Of a DNA stretch of 64,000 bases, positions 24,245 through 38,039 are shown piece after piece. Within the stretch, counting starts at the first letter, position 1; each line of letters opens with the position of its first letter. Under the pieces are notes generated by a model. The model made no database searches. It worked only from the letters and a program-made list of their open reading frames with translations, and was not told the origin of the DNA. The DNA is from Dicyema japonicum (lineage: Eukaryota; Animalia; Dicyemida): assembly GCA_011109175.1 (NCBI GenBank), contig RDEW01000012.1, positions 330,762 through 394,761 of the forward strand. The letters are read 5' to 3'. Made by a program: the position numbers and the translations under genes.

Positions 24245-27200
24245 TTATACAACGTTAGTGAAGATATCTCGCTTGTGCCACCTCTCCTGGATGCGTTTTG
24301 TTAATCGCTTCCAGTTCCCTCTATTCCTTGATAGGTCCCTCAGGTGCTCAAGATCATCTGCCGATGTCAACCCTTTCCCAATCGAAGTTAGGTCTTGATG
24401 TAGAAGGGTTAATAGAGTAATTCGTGGTCTTCCCCGGAAAGTCGATCCCGGGTGAGGAGCATAGTAGTGTTCCATTGCAAGATTAGCGGGAGTATTCCTG
24501 TCCATTCTTAAGATGTGACCAAATAATCTGTTACTTCTTATTTCTCCGTTCAATGGATGGATATTGTAATGGGAATAGAGGTGTTTGTTTGAGATGTGCT
24601 TTGGCCAGGAAATTCTTAGAATGTATCTGAGCTGCATTCTATGAAAGGAGTTCAGACTTTCCATTTCAGGCATTGTGAGTGCCCAGGTAGAAGAGTTGTA
24701 CAGTAAAACCGGTTTTACGAACATATTGTATAATTTGTTTTTTAAAGAGGCAGAAATTTGTTTACCTCGTATACGTTGTTTAGTCTTTTAAGAGCGAAAA
24801 CTGCTAGTGATTTTCTTCGTAGTATGTCTTCTGTATTTCCTATGGGAGTGCCAAGTTTCTTAGTATGCCTCCATTTTTCCTCGTGTCGTTAATTGCATCG
24901 CCTTACTATAGTATATTCTGTTTTCTTGGTGTTAATTTTTAGGAATAATGTTTCAAATGTTTTGGCCAATTTGTCGATAATATTGGTGGTCTGTTGCCGT
25001 GAGATCTATGTCATCTGCGAAGATAACTTTTGTTATATGTTTGGGGATATTATTCATGGCCTCTCGTAGGGTTGCCTCAGATATGAGATGAATAAAACCG
25101 GGATAGGGCGTTTCCTTCGGGGTGCCCTTGTTTGTTCCGAGTATTCTGAATTTCTGATTTTCGAGCTGGATAAATAGTTGAGTGGAGGAGATAGATAACG
25201 AATTATTCTGAAGCAATCTTCCTTGAGTAGTGGTGTTTATATTTGTATCATCTTGATGCTGCTGATTGAGTAAATGCCTTAGATAGGTCGATTCCCATTA
25301 TGTGGTACTCCTCTTTATATTTTTGGCATGAAGCACACATCCATTTGTGGCTCCAAACGGCATCGGAAGTTGATCTTCCAGAGACAAACTCACTTTGGCT
25401 GGCTCCGATAAATCGACGTAGTGGGGTTTTTATTCTGTCCAGAGCAGGGATTCTCAACGGCGGCCTTCCAGGATTTTGGTGCGGTCCGCTTAAAATTATA
25501 AAAAATATTACATATTTTACATAATGCAGCCGGATTTTAACTGTGCTTTTTCTTTTTGTTTGTTTCGTACAATAAACTTTTTATGGTAAAATATTTTTTA
25601 CATATTTTAACTATTGTTTTTAAATTACATATTTTTTGTATTAAATTTTTTTTGATATTGCTTGTGATGTCTGGAAAACGTGTTAAAAGAAGTAGAAAAA
25701 TTATTTAAGAAAATCTTGCATTTAACCCCGAATGGGAGGAACAATTTTTCGTTTTTGAAGAAAATGGCAAAGCACATTGCTGATTTGTCATTTTGTTATA
25801 CGATATCTTAAGTTATATTATATGAAACATTCTTCAGAATATGATTCATTTCAAGGTGAATCAAGAAAAATCAAATTTCTATCTATAAATCAAATCGCAA
25901 ACTACAAACCACTTTGTTCAAAAGCCCATGTTATTAAAATCCGTTACAATAGCTTCTTTCAAAATTTGTAATCTACTTGCAAAAAATATGAAGCCGTATT
26001 CAGATGGAGAATTTATTAAGCAAGCTATCCTTATGTTTACTGAAAAATGTTGTTCTTCAGAAATTAAAAAAAAAGTGTTATAAACTTACAGCTAAGCAAC
26101 GATACAGTTACTCAGAATTGAGAGAATATCTGACGATATTCAATGCCAACTACTCACTGAATCCAACTTTTTCGTACACTATTCTATTGCTCTTGACATC
26201 ACTAAAGATATTAGTGATACAGAACAAATGGCTGTTTTTATATGCCTGACTTCAAAATTTATGAAGAATTTCTCACGCTACGTAACCTTCATGGTTCTAC
26301 TAAAGGAGCTGATATATTCCGGGAATTTCGTGATTGCCTTGAAATGGCACATTTGGATCTTTCAAAAATGTTTTCAATTGCCACAGATGGATGTCCTTCT
26401 ATGGTTGGATGGAAAACTGGGTTTCAAGGTCTCTAGCTGGATGACGAGTTGAGTCTTGTGATTTGACATCACTGCATACTACATCAAGAAAATTTAGTGC
26501 AAAATCTATGAAAATGGACCATGTAACAGAAACGGTCATTTTAATCTTTTTATTCGCTCTCGTTTTAAATCACCGCAATTTTAAGAAATTTCTCGAGGAT
26601 GTTTATGCTGAGTATGGAGATTTGCATACAACCGTACGATGGTTGAGTCGGGCAGCATGTCTAAAAAGGTTGTATAAATTTTAAATAAATCGCATTTATG
26701 ACCTTCTCCCGGAGATTATAAATTTTATTGACAATAAGATATTCTATCTTCAGCTTACTGATGAGGAGTGGATTGCGGACTCAGCATTTATGGTTGATAT
26801 TTCTACACACCTTTCGATTTTGAATACTTCTCTGCAGAGTAAGAACAAACTATGTCATGAATTATACGGACTGGTTTCTGCATTTATCGAAAAACTACAC
26901 CTTTTCAAAATACAAATTGCAAGTAGAGTTACCATTCATTTTCCAATACTTTCAAGCCACAGGGAAGATGGATCATATGAAAAATATACCTCTGTTATTA
27001 GTGACTTAATCGATGAATTCGAAACACGTTTTAATGATTTTAAAGAAGCTCTATCTATTATGAAAATATTTTCGTCACCTATGGAAACAGATGCTGCAAC
27101 CGCTCCATATGTATATCAGCTGGAGCTAATTGAAATGCAGGCAGATTTACAACTTACCGCGCTATTTAAGTCAAGTGAACTATTGGATTTTTGGAGTCGA

Positions 27201-28430
27201 ATTCCACAATGGAAATATCCGAACTTGGTCATAATGCTCAAAAAATGCATCAGTCTTCGGATCAACGTATGCATGTGAAGCTTTTTCAGTAAACTTACGC
27301 GAATAAAAAGTAAGTATTGATTGACTGATGAACACTAATTCAACTTTTACGTACATCGTCTTCGAACTTTACTCCTCGTTTCGATAAAATAGTAGACGCC
27401 AAGCAAAATCAAGTCTCACATTGATTCTCTTATTACGTAATAAAGCCTTTTTTCTTTAATCAAATGAAATATTTTTTGTGCGGCCCGCAAAGATACTCTT
27501 TATTATCGATTTGGCCATTGAGTAAAAAGGTTGAGAACCCTGGTCCAGAGCGATTAGCGATAGAATTTTGCACAATGAGCTGGAGTGTTCCTCAAAAGTT
27601 TTGTTCAGAATGTGAGTAATGAGTTTTAGAAACAGAAGCGTATTTTATGAGCTTTGCATTAACATTATCTGGGGCTTTTGAGTTGTTTAGTCTGGTCACA
27701 GCCTTTTTAACTTCTGTTATGTTATTTCTGGTGATAGCTTTCTAGGGACTCTATCAAATAGATGAAGGGTTTCTTCGTTATCAAAATTGAAATATTTTTA
27801 AGTCATCAGCTATGGTGTCTGTGCGTTCCTGGTTGTTGTAAATGGTTCTTCCTAGTTCATCATTAGATTTTCAGATTTCTTCTTTCGCGATAGCATCTTT
27901 ACAGATGCATACATTTGCGATTCGTGTTTGTGCTTTCCTACTTCATTTGCAAGGTTTCAGTTCTGTTTCGTGGTTTATCTGACATTTTTTCTTGATTTCT
28001 CGCATAATTTTGTTTCTTTGGATTTTGAACTCAGTTGCTTTTACTTGGTTGTGGTATTCATGCATTTGACACGTAGATCCTTTTGTAAATGAGACAGGTG
28101 ATTTAGATGTGGGTATTGTATTCCTTTGAAGGTTCTGGAATTGACCAATCGTGTGAGTAGCCACTGATTTTATTTCGTTTACGAGTTTATTCCATAAACT
28201 TCCGCATGTAGATTGAAATTGATCGTTCTATCGTTTGTGACATTTTAGCTGAATAGTTATTTCTGTGGACAGGATTGTTTCTTAAGAGTTCGACTGCGTA
28301 TCTAGCTTCTCTGTGTCTGTTTTTGACTCTGTTAATCCAAAATTTTCTCTTTAAGAATAGCTTGATTACCAATAGTTTATGGTCACTCGATGTTAGCGTC
28401 ATTGATCCTCGATTATATAGTACTCTGATA
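24245..28430 (-). mobile_element. RTE-like LINE interrupted by a hAT element
   Basis: SDHKLL, GRSTSDAVWSHKW, IDLSKAF, FADDI, FGHILRM, FRGRPR. The RT is split at 25445-27542. Confidence 0.88.
25445..27542 (+). mobile_element. Complete hAT (Buster/GTF2IRD2-like) DNA transposon with degenerate transposase
   Basis: TIRs cagggattctcaac and gttgagaaccctg. Perfect 8-bp TSD gtccagag at 25437-25444 and 27543-27550. Motifs SIATDGCPSMVG, VRWLSR, QLELIEMQ. Confidence 0.95.
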
Positions 28431-28449
28431 GCAAACAAATATATTTTAT

Positions 28450-29830
28450 TTTATTTATATAAGTTAATAAAAATTAACAGATGAGAAACATTCCATTGAT
28501 TCTCAAAATGATCCTCACCATCCACGTGGTCATGACAAACATCAGCATTACACATAATATATCCAATAGGCATATTTCTGTTACTAATAGATAGCCTTTC
28601 ATCTTCAATCTTTACAAGAATACTCAACTCCGCTTTGGTCATCACTCAAATCAAACAACTCCAAAACACTCTCCGAGACAACATATTCCTCCCAACACCA
28701 CAAATAAGACATGACAGCAAATCATACGATATACGACGGTGACCGTAAAGAAATGATAGAAAGCACTCGAGGAAATCCACCAAAGTCATTGAATCAGAAA
28801 ATTATCCAAAACAATTTCAAAGAAGTAAACAACCAAGTCAGAGTGCTCTGAAATAACACCAAATATCGGTCTCCACAAATCAAAGCAACTCCAGGACTCA
28901 CCACACCAAATGCACACATTTTGCTGATTAATAAATCAATAAATTCCCGCCTAAACTAATAACTTCAATAAACCTTAATAATAATCATTTTGTGGAACAA
29001 TTCAACCAAGTGAGTTGTCTCTGAAATTGGATTCTACCATTAATATTGCGACTACTTTTGATTGAATTTGCACAACATTGTGAGCGAGTCCTCGACATCC
29101 TTTTTAGTAAAGATCATCTCGGTGACTCCTTAGTATCACTGGGACTGTTGCAGGTACTATCTCTGAGTTTCTTTAAACAGCCGACTTCACCTTCCACCCT
29201 GCGTGTCCGTTTCACTAGCTGCCATTAAAAAGATACTAACTTTGGTGGTTGTTGAGTTTGTGAAATTACCCTTGTTTATTTGTCCCTGTAGAACTCTTAT
29301 TTGGTTTCCAGTAGAATTTCTAAATGGTCATCGTTGTATATACTCTTATCACGAGAGCACTCATCCAATCCCGTTATGAGGTTACTATTTGATGGAAGTG
29401 TCCGTGAGTCACATCATGTCTCAGTTGTATAACCCATTCGGGGATTTTTAAACGTCTAGACCTAATAAACAACGTGAGTGACTCTCCCTCAGTTTTAATC
29501 TCTCATTTATTAGATTCACGAATCTGCTGATATCATGAAGTGATTATAACCTCACAATGCCATTCCTACAGCCAAATAGTAGTTCCTGTCGTTCTCATGA
29601 CTCAGTTTTAGTGATATTAGATTGATTGTCGCCTCGATCGCTACTGGCAGTTTGTTGGTCAGTCTATTCCATGATAACCCCAGCAACTCGTTTCCATACA
29701 AGTAACACTTTGAGGGCATGCTCTCGTAATGTAAATATTGTCAGACCACAACTCCTTGTATACTCGCATGAACTCTGACCTAGTGAATAACGTAAACTAA
29801 AAACCCATCAGACCATGGAACAACTCGCAT
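28450..29830 (-). CDS. LAS1L: LAS1L (Las1 HEPN rRNA ITS2 endonuclease) homolog, multi-exon, frameshifted in this sequence
   Basis: Spliced fragments read MRVVPWS..EF, LPVAIEAT..L, GMAL.RFVNLINER, IPEWVIQLRHDVTHG (RxxxxH at 29404-29421) and KFYWK. Introns are 22-29 nt. Several 1-nt indels are needed to join them, and the 3' end is uncertain. Confidence 0.85.
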
Positions 29831-29946
29831 GCACACGCGATTATTATTTATTTACGCAATTATTATTAAAGTTAATTATAATTTTATTTAATTTATTTGT
29901 TATTATTTTATAATTATTTAAAATTTATTCTTTTTTGACACTGCCA

Positions 29947-32900
29947 AATTTAATGAATACAATTTAATATGCTAGCGTGGTGTCATGTGGCTCACCAGAA
30001 ACGGTGTCACCCATTCCAAAATGGAACGAAAAGGGCCAACAGCTTCTCCCCACCGTCTGGTGGTCCTTTCATCCCTGTGTCTTCGACCCTGTCTGGTGTC
30101 CCCATTTATCCAGACTTTTTATTCTTCTATGTGGGACGTCGAAACCAATCCTGGTCCATGGAGAGGTTTTACAATTATACAACTGAATACGAATGGGATC
30201 AGGAAGAAAATCTTTGAACTCCGGGCACTCCTCCGCGAAAATGAGGCTGACCTCGCTTTAATACAGGAGTCCAAGCTATCTCCCTCCATACCAACACCCT
30301 CTTTTCCCGGATACACAGTGATCCGTAAAGATCGTCAGGGAGGACGCGGAGGAGGACTACTTACTATTATAAAGAACGATATTCTTTTTATGGATACAAC
30401 CAACGAACCTCGAGCTTCTTGGCTCCGACAAGACTTTGGAGCAGATTACTGTCAAAATCGAGTTATTCCCGTCCTTTTGGATCCATTTGGCTAATATATA
30501 TTCCTCCACAAGGATCGTGTCCGTCATCTTACACCCCTGATTTATCACGCATTTCAACATTGAAAAATCTACTGTTATGTGGGGATCTTAATGCACGACA
30601 TCCAGTTTGGCTCACTTCCCAATCCTCTGATAACCGAGGAGAACTCATTGCAAATTATCTTCCTGACCTGATTATACTGAACAACCCTAACTCACATACG
30701 AGGACCCCATTAAGGATGACTGATAGCTGCACATCCCCCACTTAACATATGCTCACCTTCTCTGGCTGGACTCATTTCCTGGAACGTCTTTTACGGCTTC
30801 CCAGTGACCACAATCCAATCCTTCTAAAATTGAGAGGTCTTCGACGATACAGGAGACGGCCGGCGGAATCAAAAAGATTCAAGGATTATACGAAGGTTGA
30901 CTGGTCTGGTTTCAGTAACCTTGTGGATAAATTCTTGGCCGGAGATTATCCTTCCCAATACGCTCTATTGACGAGGCCGCAGAAATTATCAGCGCTGCCA
31001 TTCAGAAAGCTGACCATATTTTTATTCCTATATCGTCATACAAGAAGTTTATTCCTACCCTCAGCTCTTATACAATAAGTCTTATAAAACAAAGAGACCG
31101 GCTGAAGAGATGCCATCTGTTGGACATGAAGTCTTTGACAGCCCTCAGACAACTGAATAAAAGGATCTGTCAGAGCATAAAAGAACACAAGGACAAGAGA
31201 TGGCAGCATCTAGTTAACCACCTCGACAGGAAAAGTACATCCCGACATTTCTGGAAAACTCTTAAACAAGTCAAGTCGGAGCTGGATGATGCAGACGGAA
31301 CCGGAAAGTCTTCTCCTGAACACTTATGCCACCTACATCCTAACACCTTATGAAACATTACGCTGGAATTAGCTTCAAACCATTCTCGAAACACCTGGAC
31401 ATTAAGGTGCGTGCCCATAAACCGAAGAAGGAACCTTACACGAACTATTCACAGATGACCAAGTCTTGGATGTGATCACCAGATTAAAGAGCTCACGGGC
31501 GTGCGGGCCTGACAAAGTATCTTCTATTCACCTAAAACACCTAAGCCACTACGCAATTGGCTACCTCACGCATATATACAACTGTCCATTAACTATAATA
31601 TTATTCCTAAGATTTGGAAGAATTCTATCATCAGACCGATATTGAAGGCTGGGAAACCAGAGACAGAACCTGCATCCTACAGGCCTATTTCCGTTACCAG
31701 CACACTGTCAAAAATTATGGAGAAACTTGTATTATCAGTCATTATTCCGTATCTTCCGCGTCCTATATTTCAACATGGTTTCCTCCGCGGTAGGTCCACC
31801 GCTACATACTTGGCAACTTTATCGCAGTTCATTGCCGACGGTTTTAACACCCATCCTCCGCCTCACAAACGCACAATCTTGGTTTCTATTGACATCAACA
31901 AAGCCTTTGACACTGTTTCGAGGAAAATCTGGTTGGAAAAATATTTTCTACTAATATTCGTCCGAATGTGAAATTATGGCTGGCCAACTTTTTGTCTGGA
32001 AGACGTGGAAGAGTAGTCAGTGGTGATCTCAGATCTAGATCACGATTACTACCGAACGGGGTACCCCAGGGGTCTCCACTTTCACCAATTCTATTCAACC
32101 TTTTCCTACACGACCTACCTAATGATGGAGACGAAGATTCCCTGTTATTATCCTACGCAGACGACGTAGTCATTGCAATACGGAACCGCTCGACGCAAGT
32201 CGCATCCCTTAAAACTCAGACAAAATTGAACATTCTCCACGATTGGATTGCTGGCAATCGACTAACGATTTCTGCAACCAAGTCTATCTGTTCCACATTC
32301 ACGTCGGACCGTCGTTCCAAGGATGAACCGAGTCTTTTCATTGGTCCCACTAGGATTCCAGTGACAAAGTCCCCCATTGTCCTTGGAGTCAAGTACGACA
32401 GCCTTCTCAAATTCAACTCCCACGCAACAGACATGATCACCAGGGGCCTCCAGAAAGTTAACGTTATACGCGCCCTTGTTCGGAGGACCACGAGGAACAT
32501 GGACTTTTCCGTTTCTACACTCTACCAACAAACAATCGCGCCTGCCATTGAGTATGCCTCCGTTGCATGGAGATTCGGGCTATCGGAGTCTTTGGTCCAA
32601 AGAATCAACTCGATATACCGGAAAACAATCAGTATGCTTTCCCACGTAATGGATCAACAGTCGACCCACTACTCATGGAAGCTAAGATCCGTAGTCGTGG
32701 CTCCGGATTTCTTCGCCTCTGTGAGGAAGATGGAAATCCGCTTCGCCTAATCCTTCCCATGGCAAGAGAAAACCGATTGGATAAGAAATTCCCCTCCCCG
32801 ATCGGATTCCTCTGCAAGACCGAGAGAAGGCTCTTCCGGAAAGTAGTGGGGACGATGGAGGATCACAGACGTCGAATGGCACAAGTGATTGCGAGGACTG

Positions 32901-32969
32901 GGATCACCTAACTGTCTGACTCTTCTTTCTTTCTCGGTGTTCCGGGTTATTAAATAAATAAATAATAAA
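29947..32969 (+). mobile_element. Full-length Vingi-like LINE (2A-like leader, APE, RT; no ORF1, no RNase H seen)
   Basis: DVETNPGP, QLNTNG, LIQESK, GDLNARH, SDHNPI, YRPIS, GVPQGSPLSP, YADD. (TAAA)n tail. 13-bp TSD tttgacactgcca at 29934-29946 and 32970-32982. Confidence 0.95.
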
Positions 32970-33399
32970 TTTGACACTGCCATTCATTTTATAAATATAT
33001 TATAAAAATCAGTTAGTTTACTTTTTAATAAGGACATTTAATAAAGTATCTTAGAATTCAATCATAGTTGAAATGTTTAGGAAATTATTTATTAGGGTTT
33101 ATAGCTTTTAGATCATTATCATCCTTGATATGCTTTATACAAAAAATATGTCTTAAATTTTTATTATAAATCCATATTTAATTATATTATATTTATATCA
33201 CTTATTATTTGTATTTTTTAAAGTAACTCTAAGAGATATATTCATTTTACTTTTTCATTATTTAAGATGGATCAGACTAACCGACTCGCTTGTTTACTGT
33301 CCTGCGGCAGTATATAATGGTTTGTTAAGTTCCGATACTTAATGGGTCGTATTTAATTGTTTCAATCGTAACGGTTAGACGATTTTGACGGCAATATTG

Positions 33400-34450
33400 A
33401 TCTTAGGATTCGTACTCAACCTGGAGTCTTCTAAACGGGACAAAATATAACTTGGCATTCGTATTACTACGCTTTAATTAATAGAATTTCGAATAATTAT
33501 TACATCATGGTGCCTATGGGCAGCCAGTTTTTACGTGTTTTTTGGGTAACAAGATATCAGTTGCTAGATTTAACAAGAATTTATTTTAAATAAAAAACAA
33601 TTATTTTATTCTTTGACATTAAGACCGATCTTCTTCCATCAGAAAATTCAACCTATACAAATTCGAAAATTACCTCGACAGCGTGAATTATATAAGATAT
33701 ATTTAGAAGTATCAGATACTTGGACTCAAACCTATCAAGCATCAATGCTGGGTTAGCTTCGTAATCTTTCGCGATTCGTACCTTAATTAAATACACCATA
33801 AATTTAAGGTGATCTCCAATAGCATAATTGTACTACAATGTACACCCATTCTTCTACAATGTACACCCGTCGATAGTATTCGTCGTCACCCTCAATTGGT
33901 GTTATCTCAAAATTAAAAGATTCACAAATAGTTGAAACGTCATTAAGTATTGTCACTGATTCTAAAATTAAGTCAAAAAGTAGCACCTTTTCGCATTCGA
34001 CCATTTGTAAGGAATTTGTTCCAAAAAGTTCCGCGATTCCGTTTGAATGGCGTCTCATTTGGAAAGGAGTGCATTGTCGTATTGTAGCAGTAAACTGCAT
34101 ATTCTAGAATCGATACCCATTCCTTTTGATTCCCATCAATACGTTTAATAAGTGATCTTATTAAAGTGGATTGAAGCGTTCCATTATTCGATTTATTGAT
34201 CCTCCGATTATTGAAATTCGATTTTATGGGTTTCCATATCGGACTCACAGTTCAGAGAAATAACCAATTTTCTGTCTTTCCTTTCGAAAAAAGTCTAAAT
34301 TTAATCAGAATTAAACTTAAAACTGATCGTTTCTAAGCGAAAAATGTGAGGACTTTTTACGTAATCTCCAGTTCGTTTGAGTACTTATATCCTCAGGATC
34401 AATTCCACATAAGGTCTGTTTAATTTGTTCATATTCGAAAATATGAAACA
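33400..34450 (-). mobile_element. Gypsy-type (rve) integrase relic
   Basis: NGTL...L.K.......EW...L..AVYCYNTT.HS...ETPF. Confidence 0.7.
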
Positions 34451-34649
34451 CTTTAAATGAGAATGAATCACTAAAGTTATGATGTTAAAATTTAAAGATT
34501 TTAGGTTAGTCATTTAAGAAATAAAGTTTGAATTAATTTTTTATTTAGAATTAATGAATTATTTAAATATTATGAATCTGCGCCAAAAAGAGGTCGGACT
34601 GCAATAAACAAAATTGATTCCAATTACGATTAATTAAATTTTTTCCGCA

Positions 34650-34990
34650 ACTTGTGTTAACACGTTCTCAAGCACGAATCTTTACAAATCAGTTCAGACA
34701 CCTGGAGCAGCTGCTTTGACCACAGAATACCTAAAAATCAAGAAATATTCCTGCCTCGGAAATCGCTACCGATTTACTCATGTTGCGACCGAGTCATCGG
34801 GAGCCGTTGGTCCAATGACGGCTGAGTTCTTGCGCGAACTCGGAGGAATACTTGCCAGGAAAAAAAGGGATCAACGAGAAGGGTTATGGCTAAGACAAAA
34901 AATTGGAATGGCCATACTTCGAGGGAACACGTTCTCGATCCACGCAGCCGGCTTCCTCAACTAACATTTGTTTTTCTGTTAAATAATTGT
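34650..34990 (+). mobile_element. CRE-like element 3' fragment (second subfamily)
   Basis: KIKKY...Y.F..VA.ESSG..GP....FLRELG...Q.I..AI.RGN, paralogous to 16350-16580. Confidence 0.8.
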
Positions 34991-35089
34991 CATTAAATAT
35001 TTAAAAATAAAATTTAAAATATTCTAATTAAATTATTCCTAAATGAGAATTAAAAATTACCAAATTAGGAAATTTATAAAATTACCGAC

Positions 35090-36945
35090 TATCTCACTAT
35101 AAATTACAATTCACGTAATCTCCTTAAGGAATTTTATTATTTGTGGAGATTTAAATGCCAAACACCCAACTTGGCTAAAATCACAACGGGCTGACTCTAG
35201 AGGGTGGTCCCTACTTGAACAATTCTCGTCAATGTCGATCCTCAACAATCCGAAGACCCATACGAGGACGCCCTACAAAGATAAGGAATGTTATACCTCT
35301 CCGGACCTTACACTTTGCACTACTAACATAACTTCAACCATTTCATTGTCTGTCGACTATGACCTCAACTCCGATCACAACCCAATCATCATCGGAATCA
35401 AGAAAGCCTTTTCTCCCATAAAGAAAACAACGTCATTCTTCAACTTTAAGAACGCAAACTGGAGAGATTATACAACTTTCACAAACATAATGCTACAAAA
35501 CTTCGACACCAATTTATTCAAATCTATTGATGGAGCTGTCAAAAACTTGAATAACGTGATCTTACTGGGAAGAAAACTATTTATTCCAAGATGTTCCTTC
35601 AGGCGGTACAACGATAAACTAGATCGAGAAACTAGAGCCCTCATCAAAGAAAGGAATCAGCTTAGAAGAAATCTTACACCTTTCTCGGGAAAAGAAGCCA
35701 AATCAAGAGCCTCAACGACGGTTGAGATCATCTCAATGGAATGAATTGGAAAGCAGAATCAGAGGTCTTTGCAAGCATAAATCCACCCAATACATGTGGA
35801 AGACCATTAAAAAGTTCGGACCATATACGAGACCTAATAACACAGGTCAGCCAAATGTCCAAGAAAACCTAATGAAGTTTTATGTCGGAATCAGCCAGAA
35901 GAAATTCCTGAAAACCAGCCCTTCCTTTACGACCACGAAGCCAAAAAGGTCTTCTTCATTATATTGCTTATCACTCCGATATTTAGCTAAAATCAAAAAT
36001 ACAAAATCTTTTCTATCTTGCGGTCCAAATTCGATTCCTGCTATTCTGCTCAAACATCTTGGCCCAATTGGAATAGAAGCGCTCCGGAACATCTTTAACT
36101 TTCAATAAACCATAACCAAATTCCAGACATTTGAAAACAGTCCAGCATACGCCCAATTCTCAAGCCGGACCCCTCTTCGTAAAGACCCATTGAAGTATTA
36201 TTCTTATCCTCGAAACTCATGGAAAAACTCGTTCTACGCATCATTCACCCTGCCCTTCCTTGCACATTTCCAACATGGATTCAGGAGATACCGGTCTACA
36301 TCAACACACTTCACCTCATTGAAGCAATTCATTATTGAAGGCTTTTCTTAAAACCACATCTAAAATCTGTTTTATGCTCTCTCGACCTACAAAAGGCCTT
36401 CGATTCTGTATCCAGAAAAATCCTTACTCAAAAAATATTTAGATTATCCATCAACTCCTACTCAAAAATATTTAATCCTTACTCAAAAAATATTTAGATT
36501 ATCCATCAACTCGAACATAAAATTATGGCTTTCAAATTTCCTCAGCGGAAGGAGAGGGCGTGTATGCTTTGATGAAATTCGATCAGTCTCAAGATTACTT
36601 CCAATTGGAGTTCCCCAAGGCTCCCCTTTGTCTTCTGCCCTATTCAACTTATACCTTTCCGATATTTCCAACCCAGTTATGGAAGACTCGATAATTCTCG
36701 CTTATGCTGATGACCTCAACGAATGGCTACACCAAAACCGGATGAACATATCTCCCGGAATATCCTCCACCACTCTATTTAACTAGGACAAAAGGTTCGG
36801 AAGATGTACCGTGGATCTATTCCTGGACAACGAAAAAATCCCTTTTACGAAGAACTCTATAATTCTGGGGGTCACTTTTGATACCCACATTTGTTTTTCT
36901 GCCCATTTTGAGAAGACCATTGGAACTTGTCAGAGGAAAATTGGT
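35090..36945 (+). mobile_element. Degenerate Vingi-like LINE (APE-RT)
   Basis: GDLNAKHP, SPDLT, SDHNPI, GVPQGSPLS, YADDL. Confidence 0.88.
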
Positions 36946-37782
36946 TTAATCGTGGATTTCTCAGTCATTAAGGCGCTACTTTTATTTCTCATTTTGATGT
37001 CTTCCAGGATGTTCCTTCCTCCCGAAGATGAGAATACATTTTTTAAAGCGCATGGCCTCCTTGATTTCAAATCATTTAATAATTTATTTGGTCATTTATT
37101 TTGTCAGTCAAAAATACGTTTTTTTGAATTTATTGCAAACACTTTTTGCACTACGTTGTATTTGTTTCTGAAGAAATTTCCATGGGAGACGCTGTTTTAA
37201 TTATGGAAGAAGCTTACATGCACAACACAAAAGGAAATAATTATCAGTGGAACAAACAACATCAGCAACAATGTAAGAAAGAGGATGCATATCAGTCTGG
37301 AGATTCCTAATTATAGAATTTACTGCAATACTTTTCTCATGACATCACTAAGTCCCAGAGATGATTGTACTGCTATAAATACGCAATCCAGATTATTTGT
37401 TTCCAAAGGAATTACCATAAACAAACTGAATCAATCACAAATGAAAATTCACCCTTATGGCAACTAAAATTTCAAAAAATGGCATTTATGGCATCTAAAT
37501 TTCGAAAAAAGGAATATATGGCATTTTAAAATGAATAATATACTTTTGGATAATTGTACATGTGTCCTCAATTCGGTTAAACGACGTTTCTGCTTTATGT
37601 GATTCTTTTGTCTACATTTGTTGTGCATGTATCTTCGATTGCATAAACGATCACAATGTTGCTCCATAGTTTCATTTAATCGGGAATTTCTCATTGCAAT
37701 TCTCTTTTTAAGTACGATCTAACTAATTTTTTTCCAAAAGGGACATGCAAAACGTGACTTAATAAAGATTAGAATGTGCTCA

Positions 37783-37898
37783 ACAGCCCTTTCTGCATCG
37801 TAGATGCGTGGTGCCCTCCACCAGGTGAACACCAGCGAGAATCGAACCCGTAACCTAAGTCATTTTAGCCCGACACCTAACCACTATGCCACAGGGCT
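37783..37898 (-). mobile_element. tRNA-derived SINE (family A), copy 2
   Basis: Reverse complement agccctgtggcatagtggtt...gggttcgattctcg gives A and B boxes, followed by the same core as 10785-10880. Confidence 0.8.
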
Positions 37899-38039
37899 AA
37901 ATAAAAAATTACCATTAATAAAAAATTACCCTTCCCTGGAAAATGGCATTTTATAGCAAAGAATTGCCCTACGGATAACCTTTACTTCTGCATTGTGAAT
38001 TAACTACAATTCTTTATATGAAAGATTATTTTTTTTCAA

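Noticed and set aside
36421-36512. Meaningful tandem repeat or CRISPR-like array
   Set aside because: A local stutter duplication inside a dead LINE with no spacers, in a eukaryotic context.
37783-37898. Functional tRNA gene
   Set aside because: No complete cloverleaf or acceptor stem, and it continues into a repeated body, so it is a SINE.
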